DNA of 64,000 nucleotides, from contig OZ271854.1 in the NCBI GenBank assembly GCA_965601925.1, positions 2,144,001-2,208,000 of the forward strand. The letters run 5' to 3'. Of the stretch, positions 33,827 to 43,223 are shown piece after piece. A program made the translations under genes and the position numbers. Under the pieces are notes generated by a model. That model saw only the letters and a list, made by a program, of their open reading frames with translations. It was not told the origin of the DNA and did not search any database. The DNA comes from Alkalispirochaeta sp. GTDB lineage: Bacteria; Spirochaetota; Spirochaetia; DSM-27196; Alkalispirochaetaceae. Numbering within the stretch: the stretch's first letter is position 1; each line of letters opens with the position of its first letter.

Positions 33827-34462
33827 TCATGAGCGCGGACCGTTCGCGGGTTTAATAGCTGAACGATAGACCTCAAGTATATCATCTGAGAATTCGCAAG
33901 CAACAAATGCTTGTATTTGGCTTGGTTTTTTTAGGAGCTCATCGGCGGCTTCAAATCCACCCGCCGTCACAATGGCCACCGGACCTGCGAGAGTCGAGAG
34001 CGAGTCATCGATCCAACCCCTTTCTGCCAGTGCCTTGATCAAGGAGCGTAGTTCTTCCCCGTGTTTGCAATAGCCTAACGAGTAGTCACTGTCCTGAGTT
34101 GCAACCTGATCCCCGAAGTAATCTTACTTGCGAGCGAGGGCGGAAATAAGCTTGTGCATTTTCTGGTTTACGCTTGTGGGGATACGCGCGCCATCAACGA
34201 CTAAACTTGGATTGTCAGGTTTAGTCGTAGGCGTTTCGATTCCACGTTCATGATTCTCCCTCAAGTAGCCTGATATGTTATGTCGTTCGGGAAGTTCGGA
34301 GGACCGTCCCCGACGAAGTTCGGAGGGCAGGTCTTCTATCGCTTCGTGAGTTATGGAGTAGGCGCCGCAGGTAGGACACTCTAAGGTGAAGATATCCGTT
34401 CGGAAATCTCCTCGAGCTTGAACGTTCGGCGTTCCGCAAAATGGACACCCAACGTCTTTCAT
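33827..34462 (-). pseudogene. Disrupted Zn-ribbon / nucleotide-binding (TIR- or deoxyribosyltransferase-like) gene
   Basis: CPFC..CPTCG.Y.IT N-terminus; in-frame TAA at 34124; frame continues to QAFVACEF..Y..AIKPA, then truncated. Confidence 0.55.
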
Positions 34463-34562
34463 TAACCAAGCATACCAAACAAATGGATCGGCAGACAGAA
34501 GGACGCGATGCCTATCATCAACCACCAACTGGCGGTTCATTCCTGGAATGTACCGGCAAGCA

Positions 34563-34640
34563 ACATAACAACCGCATCACCTGCGCCCTCGCAGGAGCGA
34601 AAACTCCGAGAAAGCGACCGTTGCATGCGCCATGCTATGT
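34563..34640 (-). repeat. Short-type attC-like site
   Basis: + strand ACATAAC AACCGCATCACCTGCG...GCATGCGCCAT GCTATGT; imperfect palindrome, one core mutated. Confidence 0.65.
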
Positions 34641-35068
34641 GGCGATAGATCAATCCGTTTACATCGTCTTCGGGTATACAGGCCTCGAGATCGGCAGGTC
34701 GTCGCCTGGTTTCTTCTTGATCACCTATGCGAACTGCGTCCTCGTGTACGGCAGGTGAGTAACGTGTGTCTATTACCCGCCCAAAACCAACCGGAAACTG
34801 TACATTTCTCGCCGGTTGTCACGTGTGCATCTTCATTCGAGCGGTTAGGCCGACGTGTGTATCCGTGCGAGCGGCTCGTGTGAGCGCATTTTCGTGCGAA
34901 CCTACCTTTTGCGCCTTCTGCTCCGTATACCGTTTCCATAACCTGCATTTGTAATATAGGACCAATTTTGACCTGTATAGCCGGTACACTATGAATGAGC
35001 AGCTGGTATTTCGGTTCGATCTATGAAGTACTGCGAAGTTTTGAAGATGTATCATAGGAGGGGATGCA

Positions 35069-35581
35069 ATGAGTCAATCACACAAGGTTCAACCAGTTCC
35101 CCAAGACAAAGGCTCTGTTACGCCGTACATCGTCGTCAAAGGCGTCGTACGGTTCATCGACTTTCTGAAAGCGGCTTTTGATGCTGTGGAACGAGGTCGC
35201 GGGTACAACGAGGATGGGACGATCGGACACGCCGAAGTCTTAATCGGGAACAGAATTGTGATGATGTTCGATGCAAAACCGGAGTGGCCGGACACACCCG
35301 CTTTTTTATCCCTGTATGTCGAAGACTGTGATAGCGTCCATCAGCGAGCAGTACGGGCCGGCGGCACCACGGTCACCGCTTTGTCCACCAGTGCATGGGG
35401 TGATCGCGGCAGTCGCGTCCGCGATCCCTTCGGCAACATCTGGTGGATTCAGACCCATGTGGAAGATGTGACTGAAGCCGAGAGCGTCCAGCGGATGCAG
35501 GAGGATAGATATCTTGAGGACATGCGAATAGCGCAGGAGACGCTCGACCATGAACTTCGAAGCCGGGGCGGAAGAGGATAG
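35069..35581 (+). CDS. VOC/PhnB-like glyoxalase
   Basis: VTPY, GHAEV.IG, LYVED.D, WGDR..RVRDPFGNIWWI. Confidence 0.9.
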   Translation: MSQSHKVQPVPQDKGSVTPYIVVKGVVRFIDFLKAAFDAVERGRGYNEDGTIGHAEVLIGNRIVMMFDAKPEWPDTPAFLSLYVEDCDSVHQRAVRAGGTTVTALSTSAWGDRGSRVRDPFGNIWWIQTHVEDVTEAESVQRMQEDRYLEDMRIAQETLDHELRSRGGRG

Positions 35582-35593
35582 ACTCCTACCGTC

Positions 35594-36083
35594 TCATAAT
35601 GAGCGCATCGCGACCGAGTCCTCGGGCTCGAAGCAGATCTTGATACGTCGCGCGCCCGCGGTAGCAAGCAGGTCGATGCCCTTGGTAAGCACGTGGCGGG
35701 CAATTCCTTTTCGTCGGTGCCTATCGATCGTGCGCACAGGCTCGACCATACCCGTAGCGGAAAGCGGATCCATCCAAAACAACCCATATGACGACATGGG
35801 AGAGGAGTTCCTCTTTTCCGTCCGGCATGAAGTGCAGGGCCAGAGCAACATGGTCGCCCCAGTCGGTTGCCGTTACCGTCGCCTGAGGACGGTCTGCCGA
35901 ATCAAACCAAAACAACTGGGGAAACCCGTCCGTCTTTGGGCGTGGAAGACGCCACCACCATTGCAGGTCGGCGGCCTCAAACAGGCCTGCGGTCGGGTGC
36001 GCAACACGGGCCTGTTGCAGCAATCTCGTTGCCGCCAAGTAGTCAGACCCAGTAAGAAACCGTTCTCGTAATCCGTTCAACAC
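35594..36083 (-). pseudogene. Frameshifted GNAT-like gene
   Basis: Split across two frames (EAADLQWWW... and VEPVRT...RRKGIARH). Confidence 0.6.
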
Positions 36084-36143
36084 ACTGCACCTTTGGTCCG
36101 ATTAGACCCTATCCCTTCTTGGGACATCACATGCCACAACGGT

Positions 36144-37103
36144 TTATAGCGAACGAAGGTCCAGCACCAGCTTTCCCACGTGATGGCCGACCACCCGTTC
36201 GTGAGCCGAGGCGGCTTCAGATCCTCGCACGACCGCACTTACATGCGGCTTCACGCCGTGCCGTTCAATCGTGTCGAACAGGCGTTCGGTAATCTCCCTG
36301 TTGGGTTCCCCGTAGTAGGGGGTGCACGTAATATCCTCAGGTACCACGGGCGTAGGAGTCACTCCCGACGGGAAAGTCACAACTCCGCCGGCTTTCGTCA
36401 ACCGACATACCTCATTCGCCCGCGAGCCTCCGGCTGTCAGTAGCACGTTGCCGAGTTTGCCACTTTCGGCTGCAAGCAGCGACGCAAAATCCGTTTCGTC
36501 TCGTCCGTCAAACACCGAGTTACACCCGAGTCGTCGCACCAACTCGACCCCGTCGGGCCCCGATGCCACTGCATTGACCTCGGCTCCGATGGCGTTTGCA
36601 AGTTGTACCGCCACGTGTCCAACTCCGCCGGAGGCCCCGAACACGCACAAAGAGTCGTTCGAGCGGAGACCTAGAACATCTGCGAGCCCACGCAGGGCGG
36701 TGATACCGACACCAAGGACGGCGCTTGCTTCAACCATCGAGTATCCCGCCGGAACTGGGGCGACCGTCTCCTCGCCGACGGCCACGTATTCGGCGTAGAA
36801 GCCGCCTTTTGGATTGAGAAAGCCCGATGCCATGACGCGGTCGCCTCGCGCGAATTGTGTCACGGCGTCGCCGACGGCCACGATTTCTCCGGCTCCCTCG
36901 GATCCCAAGACATAGGGGAAGGTCGGAGCGATGCCGAGCATCTCGGCGTATCCGCCTTGACGCTCGAACACGTCCCACGAACCGACACCGGCGTACTCGA
37001 TACGAATCAGAACTTCGTTGCTCGCAATGTCGGGAACCGGAACCGATCCGATAGAAAGCTCCGACTCGTCACCGAAACGCTCAATCACAACCGCTTTCAT
37101 CAT
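36144..37103 (-). CDS. NADP-dependent quinone oxidoreductase (MDR superfamily)
   Basis: MKAVVI..FG, G.EGAG, GASGGVG, GKLVL. Confidence 0.9.
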   Translation of the reverse strand: MMKAVVIERFGDESELSIGSVPVPDIASNEVLIRIEYAGVGSWDVFERQGGYAEMLGIAPTFPYVLGSEGAGEIVAVGDAVTQFARGDRVMASGFLNPKGGFYAEYVAVGEETVAPVPAGYSMVEASAVLGVGITALRGLADVLGLRSNDSLCVFGASGGVGHVAVQLANAIGAEVNAVASGPDGVELVRRLGCNSVFDGRDETDFASLLAAESGKLGNVLLTAGGSRANEVCRLTKAGGVVTFPSGVTPTPVVPEDITCTPYYGEPNREITERLFDTIERHGVKPHVSAVVRGSEAASAHERVVGHHVGKLVLDLRSL

Positions 37104-37177
37104 TTTCACAGGCTTCCTCCCATCACTACGGCCCCCCGGCCGCACCTTGCGATGGGTCAGGCTACCACGACGAAGTG

Positions 37178-37534
37178 TCAGGTCTTGTCAGCAGCCGTTC
37201 GCACCCCGGTCCGCCTCGCGAGCAGCTTTTCTCGTCGGTTCCATCGTTCGAACAGTGCGGTGTGCGAAATCGGCGTTCGCGACCGATCGAGAGACCAATC
37301 CAATATCCGATCGCTTCGAAAGTGGCGAAAGTCCGAACGCATTTCGCACCACGCTGCGACCAGACGCGCGGTCGTGAAGTATCCGATCGCTATCGGCCAT
37401 ATCGTGCGATTACTCTCCGTCCCGCTCACCTTTCGGTATCGTATGCGGACCTTCCTCCCGTCTCGGATTGAGTCGCGTAAGCATTTGAGAAGTTTATCGT
37501 CACCTTTCTGCGTTTGTTTGGGGCCCCAATACAA
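37178..37534 (-). pseudogene. WYL-domain fragment (N-terminal HTH missing)
   Basis: RTIWPIAIGY, AWCEMRSDFRHFRSDRI. Confidence 0.7.
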
Positions 37535-37647
37535 GACCGCAAGCCCGTGACAATCGTTCCGTCGTGCTCGAAACGGTTGTCGATACCTTATCTATCGCGG
37601 TCCTCGCGGAGGCGCTTAACGCGCGATCCCGTTTGCAGCCGTCCGCC

Positions 37648-37724
37648 ATATAACAATCGCATCACCTACGCCCTCGCAGGAACGGAGTGACGAAAAGGCG
37701 ACTGATGCATGCGCCATGTTATGT
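37648..37724 (-). repeat. Short-type attC site (77 bp)
   Basis: Minus strand ACATAAC-ATGG-CGCATGCATCAGT...AGGTGATGCG-ATT-GTTATAT: R''/R' cores, complementary L boxes, extra bases on the left arm. Confidence 0.75.
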
Positions 37725-37814
37725 GGCGATCGATGAATACATCTCCTCATCTGAAGTAACCATGTTCTTTTTCCGGTCTTATGACATGTGAGCACGGCGG
37801 TCTCTGTTGCGACC

Positions 37815-38030
37815 ATGGAAGCGAACCGGTACGTCCCTCGTGGTCGCAATGAGCTCCATACCATCTTGGAGCGGCACTTCGGCGACTTCTGCGAGCAATA
37901 CGATAAGAAGTGCGCGGCCACCTACGGCAAGTACCGCGCTGAGCGTATCGAGGAAATCGGCGAGCGCTTTTCTACGTGCGGCAACTATCTTCAAGGCGTC
38001 GCACGCATCCGTTGTACCAACCCCGACTGT
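37815..38030 (+). pseudogene. IS91-family transposase zinc-binding domain fragment
   Basis: F..CG.Y..GVARIRCTNPDC motif, then loss of frame. Confidence 0.7.
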
Positions 38031-38128
38031 CCTCCCGATTCGAATCGGAGTCTGCGTTGCACGGCCGTTTTGCGCTTGCGCTCGGAGATTACTTCTCCTA
38101 TTATTTAATATTATTCCCAGGAGTCGCG

Positions 38129-38620
38129 ATGAAGCGGTGGGTTCTCGTTTTGATAGTCGCCGGTGTCTCGTCGGTCGCCGTTGGTGCGCTCGAGCTACTG
38201 CCGGGTGTTGCAGCGGTTTGGAAGGACGCGGAGACGATTCCCCGTGCGGGGTTGTCGTTAAAGGGAGTTGCCCTGGATATGAGCGGCGGCGTCATCGCGT
38301 GGACCGCCTTTGAGCTACGGACATTTGCCGATCTTCGAAACGGCGACTCCCAGATTGACCTGTCGTGGCCCGGTGTTTTCGGGTTTGTCTATCCCGGTGT
38401 CTCGATAGAGATCGGTAACGATGGCGTAGTTCCGTGGTTCTACGGCGAGGTGGATCTTTTCTATTTTCCATTTCTGTTTGCAGCGATCATTGCGTTTGAA
38501 CGTCCGTGGTTTATCCCGTCGGTCTATATGGGACCTCGATTTGGCCCGGCCGATGTCGGCTGGAATACAGGAATACGTCTATCGATTCCGGTGGGCCTGG
38601 GGAAACTTATCGATGAGTGA
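38129..38620 (+). CDS. Hypothetical secreted protein
   Basis: GGAG RBS, signal peptide. Confidence 0.6.
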   Translation: MKRWVLVLIVAGVSSVAVGALELLPGVAAVWKDAETIPRAGLSLKGVALDMSGGVIAWTAFELRTFADLRNGDSQIDLSWPGVFGFVYPGVSIEIGNDGVVPWFYGEVDLFYFPFLFAAIIAFERPWFIPSVYMGPRFGPADVGWNTGIRLSIPVGLGKLIDE

Positions 38621-38936
38621 CACACCGCGCCCCCGCAACCGCCCATTGCGTCGCCTCCTGATCATCATGGACGTGATCTACTCGGGCGTCCTTGTATTCT
38701 CGATCGTCCCGGCGATATTTTCCATCATGCTGGCCGCCGGCGGAAACACGCTACGCGTGCACATCCAGATATTCAGTCTGATGACGTTTCCCTTTGTGCT
38801 CCTCTTTGGGATTCTTGTCCCGTGGATATTCTACGCGCTGAGAATGGGCCGGACCGCCAAGGTACTCCTCTTCCTTCCGTGGGTCAGTGCCGTGATCATA
38901 CTCTTCTATATTGTTATCCCCGAGTGGTTGGCGTAG
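38613..38936 (+). CDS. Hypothetical membrane protein
   Basis: Three hydrophobic helices; overlaps upstream gene. Confidence 0.6.
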   Translation: MSDTPRPRNRPLRRLLIIMDVIYSGVLVFSIVPAIFSIMLAAGGNTLRVHIQIFSLMTFPFVLLFGILVPWIFYALRMGRTAKVLLFLPWVSAVIILFYIVIPEWLA

Positions 38937-38957
38937 CGGGTGACCTGCTCCCTGAAA

Positions 38958-39758
38958 CTAGACCACTGCTTGAGTGAGTCCGTCCTCAAAGCTTCGCCAG
39001 ATTTCTTCCGGCGTGTGATTGCCAAGCGAGCTGTGTGGCCGGTACCGATTGTACTCATCGCGCCACAAAGCCAGTTTCTCCTGAGCGTCCCTCACGCCCA
39101 GGAACAGGTTCTCGTTGAGGAACTCGTCGCGTAGCTTTCCGTTGAAGCTCTCGACAGAGGAGTTCTCGATCGGCTTGCCCGGCGTGATCAGACACTGCTG
39201 AATGCCGCGCTGGATCGTCCACGCGATCATGGCCCGGGACGTGAACTCCGGCCCGTTATCACTCTTCAAACATTCCGGCTCACCGTGCATGATCGTCGAT
39301 TGCTCCAACGCCCGGATGACATCAGCGCTCGAACATGAACGAGCAATTCGTGCTGTGATCAGATACCGTGTGTACTCGTCCAACACGACCAGACACTTCA
39401 ACGACCGTCCGGATTCAGTCGTGTCGAAAACGAAATCCAATCCCCAGATCTGATTGGGCCGCATCGCTGCACTGGCCCTATTGCGCTGCACGATGAGCTT
39501 CTTCCGGCGTCGTGAGCGGAGCATCAACTGTTCCTCGCGATAGATCCGGTACACTTGCTTGTGATTCGCTTCACTATGGTCTCGCCGCAGTAACACGTGG
39601 ATCCGACGATACCCGAACCGCTTGTGCCTCTCGGCCAGTTCCTTGATGCGCGCCCGAATCCGAAGATCGTTCGGTTTCTTTGCCTCATACCGACATGTCG
39701 ATCGATGCAGCGACGCCAGTTCGCACGCTCGTCGCTCACTGACCCCATGGTGTTTCAA
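38958..39758 (-). CDS. IS3 transposase OrfB (rve DDE domain)
   Basis: FGYRRI, W.LDF, SDNGPEF, ESFNGKLRDE, YN..RPHSSLG; probably fused to OrfA by -1 frameshift at AAAAAAC near 39800. Confidence 0.92.
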   Translation of the reverse strand: MKHHGVSERRACELASLHRSTCRYEAKKPNDLRIRARIKELAERHKRFGYRRIHVLLRRDHSEANHKQVYRIYREEQLMLRSRRRKKLIVQRNRASAAMRPNQIWGLDFVFDTTESGRSLKCLVVLDEYTRYLITARIARSCSSADVIRALEQSTIMHGEPECLKSDNGPEFTSRAMIAWTIQRGIQQCLITPGKPIENSSVESFNGKLRDEFLNENLFLGVRDAQEKLALWRDEYNRYRPHSSLGNHTPEEIWRSFEDGLTQAVV

Positions 39759-39793
39759 CGCCCCGACAGCCGATCGTCGCTGATGAGGCGTCG

Positions 39794-40057
39794 TCAGTTT
39801 TTTGACAGCACCTCCTTCATCGCGTCGATCTCAAGCGCCTGGTTGGCGACCAGCCTTTTCAGTCTGGTGTTCTCGTCTTCCAGTTCTTTCAGTCGCCGCG
39901 CCTCGCTGGTGGTCATTCCGCCATAGCGAGATTTCCACCGGTACAACGTATTCTCCGCAAACCCGTACTTCCGACAGATCTCCTTCGCCGGAACACCGGA
40001 CTCGGCTTCCCCCAAGATCGCAATGATCTTCTCGACCGAATACTGCCCCTTCTTCAT
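39794..40057 (-). CDS. IS3 transposase OrfA
   Basis: HTH EICRKYG..TLYRWK.RYGG and RLKELEDEN.RLK zipper. Confidence 0.92.
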   Translation of the reverse strand: MKKGQYSVEKIIAILGEAESGVPAKEICRKYGFAENTLYRWKSRYGGMTTSEARRLKELEDENTRLKRLVANQALEIDAMKEVLSKN

Positions 40058-40129
40058 AATGTCTCTCCCTCCTGTTATATCCGGGAAAGACCCACCTTCC
40101 TGCTGGACCAGTTTTCAGGGAGCAGGTCA

Positions 40130-40241
40130 GAGGTGCGACACGAATCCTCTTTTTCATGTGTTAAGGTCGAACGAAGTGAGCCCGAAGGGCTTGGCCTTTA
40201 CACATGAAAACGAGGGCGTACAATGAAAAAACTGCGGGAGG
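40130..40241 (+). promoter_or_regulatory. Conserved hairpin element, copy A (Frpo/ssi-like candidate)
   Basis: Stem 40145-40166/40195-40216; TTTACA-16 nt-TACAAT on the 3' arm; directly abutted by IS3. Confidence 0.55.
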
Positions 40242-40290
40242 ACCTTTCGGTTTGGGCGATTATGCGAAGTAGGCTGTTCTGGTATATCGC

Positions 40291-40602
40291 CTACATCGCC
40301 CGTTGTTCCGGGAGTTTCCCAATGATCTTGCGAACTTCGTCGGTCTCAACGAGTTGATCCGTCACATATCGGTGGACGATTGAACTGATGAGCGTTTGAT
40401 AGGGGATTCCTTCCTTGACCGCCTTTTTTTTCGTCAATTGCAGATCCTCTTCCGAAATTCGCAAGCTAATAGTCTGCGTCTTTCGCGCCCGATCGAGAAT
40501 GGCTTCAATCCGTTCGCGTTCTTCACCAACGACACTTTCCATCTGATCGATGGAATCTTCGATTTCTTGTTCTTCAGGCGTCAGGTCAAATATGTTCATC
40601 AC
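40291..40602 (-). CDS. BrnA/CopG-like antitoxin
   Basis: ISLRI...L...K.KA..EGIPYQTLI.S. Confidence 0.85.
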   Translation of the reverse strand: MMNIFDLTPEEQEIEDSIDQMESVVGEERERIEAILDRARKTQTISLRISEEDLQLTKKKAVKEGIPYQTLISSIVHRYVTDQLVETDEVRKIIGKLPEQRAM

Positions 40603-40862
40603 GAGCCTCCATATTGTTTGTGGTATTTCCGGCTTGGGAATGCCGTTTTCAGGACGACAGCTTCATCGTCATCGACGACAAATGGAACAATCCAGGTGTA
40701 ATCACGCATTCGAAGCACGAAGTATCGTTGTCCCGGCCGGGTCGGATTTTTGATGATATCGACATATCGCTTTTCCATGATGATGCCGGCAATTTCTTCA
40801 AATGAGACGCCGCGAGTTTGCTTGAGTACCTCATTTTTGTCCTCGTCCCAGATGATTTTCAT
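40599..40862 (-). CDS. BrnT-like toxin
   Basis: WDEDKN..LK..RGVSFEE, LKTAFPSRK. Confidence 0.85.
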   Translation of the reverse strand: MKIIWDEDKNEVLKQTRGVSFEEIAGIIMEKRYVDIIKNPTRPGQRYFVLRMRDYTWIVPFVVDDDEAVVLKTAFPSRKYHKQYGGS

Positions 40863-41012
40863 TCGGTATCATGATACATCCAGCGTATATACATTGTAAA
40901 CAATCGCATCGATCAATGTGTTACGAACGTTCTCCGGGATGCGTGTGCTTTTGCATTTTGATCTGGTAGAGGCTATTTCTTGGTGATTTGCGCTTAGGCT
41001 CCGCCGGGCGCA

Positions 41013-41134
41013 ATGTAACACCGAGCTGACCTGCAAGATGCGGCCCGGAGTCGCGAAGTGACGGAGGGATTGGCGCGTGCCTTGCGCATCGCAAGGCGCG
41101 TGACAAAGCAGATTGACTGGTCCAGCGTTATGTT
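41013..41134 (-). repeat. Long-type attC site, IS inserted at R''
   Basis: Minus-strand R' GTTACAT at 41013-41019; original R'' displaced to 42797-42803. Confidence 0.88.
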
Positions 41135-42796
41135 GAGACTGTCGCACAACGCAGTCGTGGTCTGCTAGCATCGTGCCTGGGAGGAGCCAATGCCGAACTA
41201 CCGAGGAAACGAGGGGCAGGATCTCATGATTCCGGTGTGCCTGGATGATCAGCTGGTGCCGGGTACCATCGAACACGCCATCACCTGGATCGTCGACCAC
41301 GAGATCGATACGTCGGTGTTCGATGCAGCCTATCACAACGACCACGGCGGTCGCCCGGCCTGTGATCCGGCCGCGCTGGTGAAGATCATCTTGTTCGCCT
41401 ACTCCCGGGGCATCCTCTCCTCACGGAAGATCGAGGAAGCCTGCCGGACCAACATCGTGTTCATGGCCCTCAGTGGTGATATCCGGCCCGACCACGCCAC
41501 GATCGCCCGGTTCGTTACCGGCCATCCCGCGGCGGTTCGTCGTGTGTTCCGGGATGTGCTGATGATTGCGGCACAGGGCGATCTGATCGGTGGGGACGTG
41601 TTTGCACTGGACGGCTGCAAGATCAGCTCGAACGCCGCCCGAGAGCACGCGGGGACGCGACGGGAACTGGAGAAGAAGAGAGCGAAGCTTGAAGCACGTC
41701 TTGAGGCGATACTGCTCACTCATCGCGGCGCAGATGAGGCATGCACCTCCGATAACGACGATCAACAGGGCAGACCCGGTTCAGGGACAGCTGATCGCTA
41801 CCGGGCGCAGATCGACCGCATCAAAGGATTCCTCGACGCCCATCCACCCCGCACCGGCACCAGCGGACGCGAGGTGAAATCCAACATCACCGACAATCAG
41901 AGTGCCACACTGAAAACCGGGAGTGGCTACATCCAGGGCTATAACGCGCTGGCGATGGTGGATGCGAAGCACCAGATCGTGCTACACGCTGAACCGGTCG
42001 GTCAGATCCATGAGGCACCGCTGCTGCCACGGATGGTGCGCCGGTCACTGCATACACTGCGCAGGTTCGCACATCCCCAGGCCTGCACACCGACCATCCT
42101 CGCTGATACCAACTATTTCACCGAATCCAACGCCCGGTTCCTGATCGACTCTGATCTCGACGGCTATATCCCCGACCATCAGTTCCGGAATCGGGACATG
42201 CGATTCGCGGATCGGAGTCGATCGCGCCGGGCGGCACACCGGCGCTTCACCCAAGCCGATTTCCTCTACCAGAGCGACACCGACAGCTATCGTTGTCCGG
42301 CCGGCAAGACGTTGCGACGGCGCACCCGGGAGGTGGTTGCCGGGCGTCGTGGTACGCGCTATGAAGCGAAGCAATCAGACTGCAGTGCATGCGATCTCAC
42401 CTCCCGCTGTCTGATCCGTACTGCAACCCGGCGTAGACTCTTCCGCGGTGACGGTCCAGCCGGGACCTATGCCCAACAGATGCGTGATCGGATCGACACC
42501 GAACGGGGTCGACGGATGTACGCCAGACGCATGGGTATCGTGGAGCCGGTCTTTGCGAACATCACCGCCACCAAGGGCATGCGACGATTCACGCTCCGAG
42601 GCCGGGCGAAGGTCCGCATTCAATGGCTCCTGTACACGCTGGTGCACAACATCGAAAAGATCGCCACCACCGGGCTGATTCATCGGTTAGTCGGAGTTTG
42701 ATCCGGGTGGGTGGCGGGTTGAAGAATGCCTGGCCACGATCACTGGCCGTGAACTACTCGCTCCGCGTGGGTTCCCACGCGTTGTGCGACAGCCTC
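41135..42796 (+). mobile_element. IS1182-family element, copy 1 (1662 bp)
   Basis: 18-bp IRs GAG(A/G)CTGTCGCACAACGC; GTT direct repeat on both flanks. Confidence 0.92.
41190..42701 (+). CDS. IS1182-family DDE transposase
   Basis: GRPACDP, SSRKIE, PDHATIARF, ALDGCK, ADTNY, CPAG, VEPVF, HNI. Confidence 0.93.
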   Translation: MPNYRGNEGQDLMIPVCLDDQLVPGTIEHAITWIVDHEIDTSVFDAAYHNDHGGRPACDPAALVKIILFAYSRGILSSRKIEEACRTNIVFMALSGDIRPDHATIARFVTGHPAAVRRVFRDVLMIAAQGDLIGGDVFALDGCKISSNAAREHAGTRRELEKKRAKLEARLEAILLTHRGADEACTSDNDDQQGRPGSGTADRYRAQIDRIKGFLDAHPPRTGTSGREVKSNITDNQSATLKTGSGYIQGYNALAMVDAKHQIVLHAEPVGQIHEAPLLPRMVRRSLHTLRRFAHPQACTPTILADTNYFTESNARFLIDSDLDGYIPDHQFRNRDMRFADRSRSRRAAHRRFTQADFLYQSDTDSYRCPAGKTLRRRTREVVAGRRGTRYEAKQSDCSACDLTSRCLIRTATRRRLFRGDGPAGTYAQQMRDRIDTERGRRMYARRMGIVEPVFANITATKGMRRFTLRGRAKVRIQWLLYTLVHNIEKIATTGLIHRLVGV

Positions 42797-42916
42797 GTTA
42801 CATTGCGACCTGCTTACCAGTATACGAGGAGATTTCCTGTTCTTCTTCTCTTTTTCACCGAGTGGCTGAAGCACCACGGTCAACCACCCGGTAATGATTA
42901 TTGGAATGGGGCCTTT

Positions 42917-43183
42917 CTATGAGGCCTTTTCTTGGCGGTGCGTCTGCTTGCCGGCGCGCGCCGCCACTTTGAAGATACATCCGTCGCACTGACCCTTTGT
43001 GCTTTTGCACCTGCAAGCGACGCATACGTCATAGAGATCATAATCATCAATCGCATCGAGGATGAGGCGATTCAGTGTCCTTGTCATTGGCTCATTCTTG
43101 AACCACGCCATTCGCCTGAGAGCAAACACCGCATCGCGGCTCACCTTGGGGACATACGTACCGGCAGTTTTTGTTGTGTGCAT
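42917..43183 (-). CDS. 88-aa RHH-like, Cys-rich hypothetical protein, copy 1
   Basis: GGAGGTG RBS before ATG 43183; YVPKVS..AVFALRRMAW...PMT..L; C..C.C......C..C; paralog at 54529. Confidence 0.8.
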   Translation of the reverse strand: MHTTKTAGTYVPKVSRDAVFALRRMAWFKNEPMTRTLNRLILDAIDDYDLYDVCVACRCKSTKGQCDGCIFKVAARAGKQTHRQEKAS

Positions 43184-43223
43184 TTTCTGCACCTCCATAA
43201 TGAGATGTATGCGAGACAACTCT

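Larger units (their letters stand above)
38941..40129 (-). mobile_element. IS3-family insertion sequence
   Basis: TG..CA ends with inverted repeats TGACCTGCTCCCTGAAA; orfA and orfB; no flanking target duplication. Confidence 0.92.

Noticed and set aside
37788..38108. Active IS91/ISCR element
   Set aside because: Only the N-terminal zinc-binding portion is present; no catalytic HUH/Y2 domain or recognisable ends.
40869..41345. Repeated minus-strand ORF MVVVIGCIEH... (also 44052 and 49837) and other ORFs inside the IS
   Set aside because: Shadow frames of the transposase that run through attC; they repeat only because the IS repeats.
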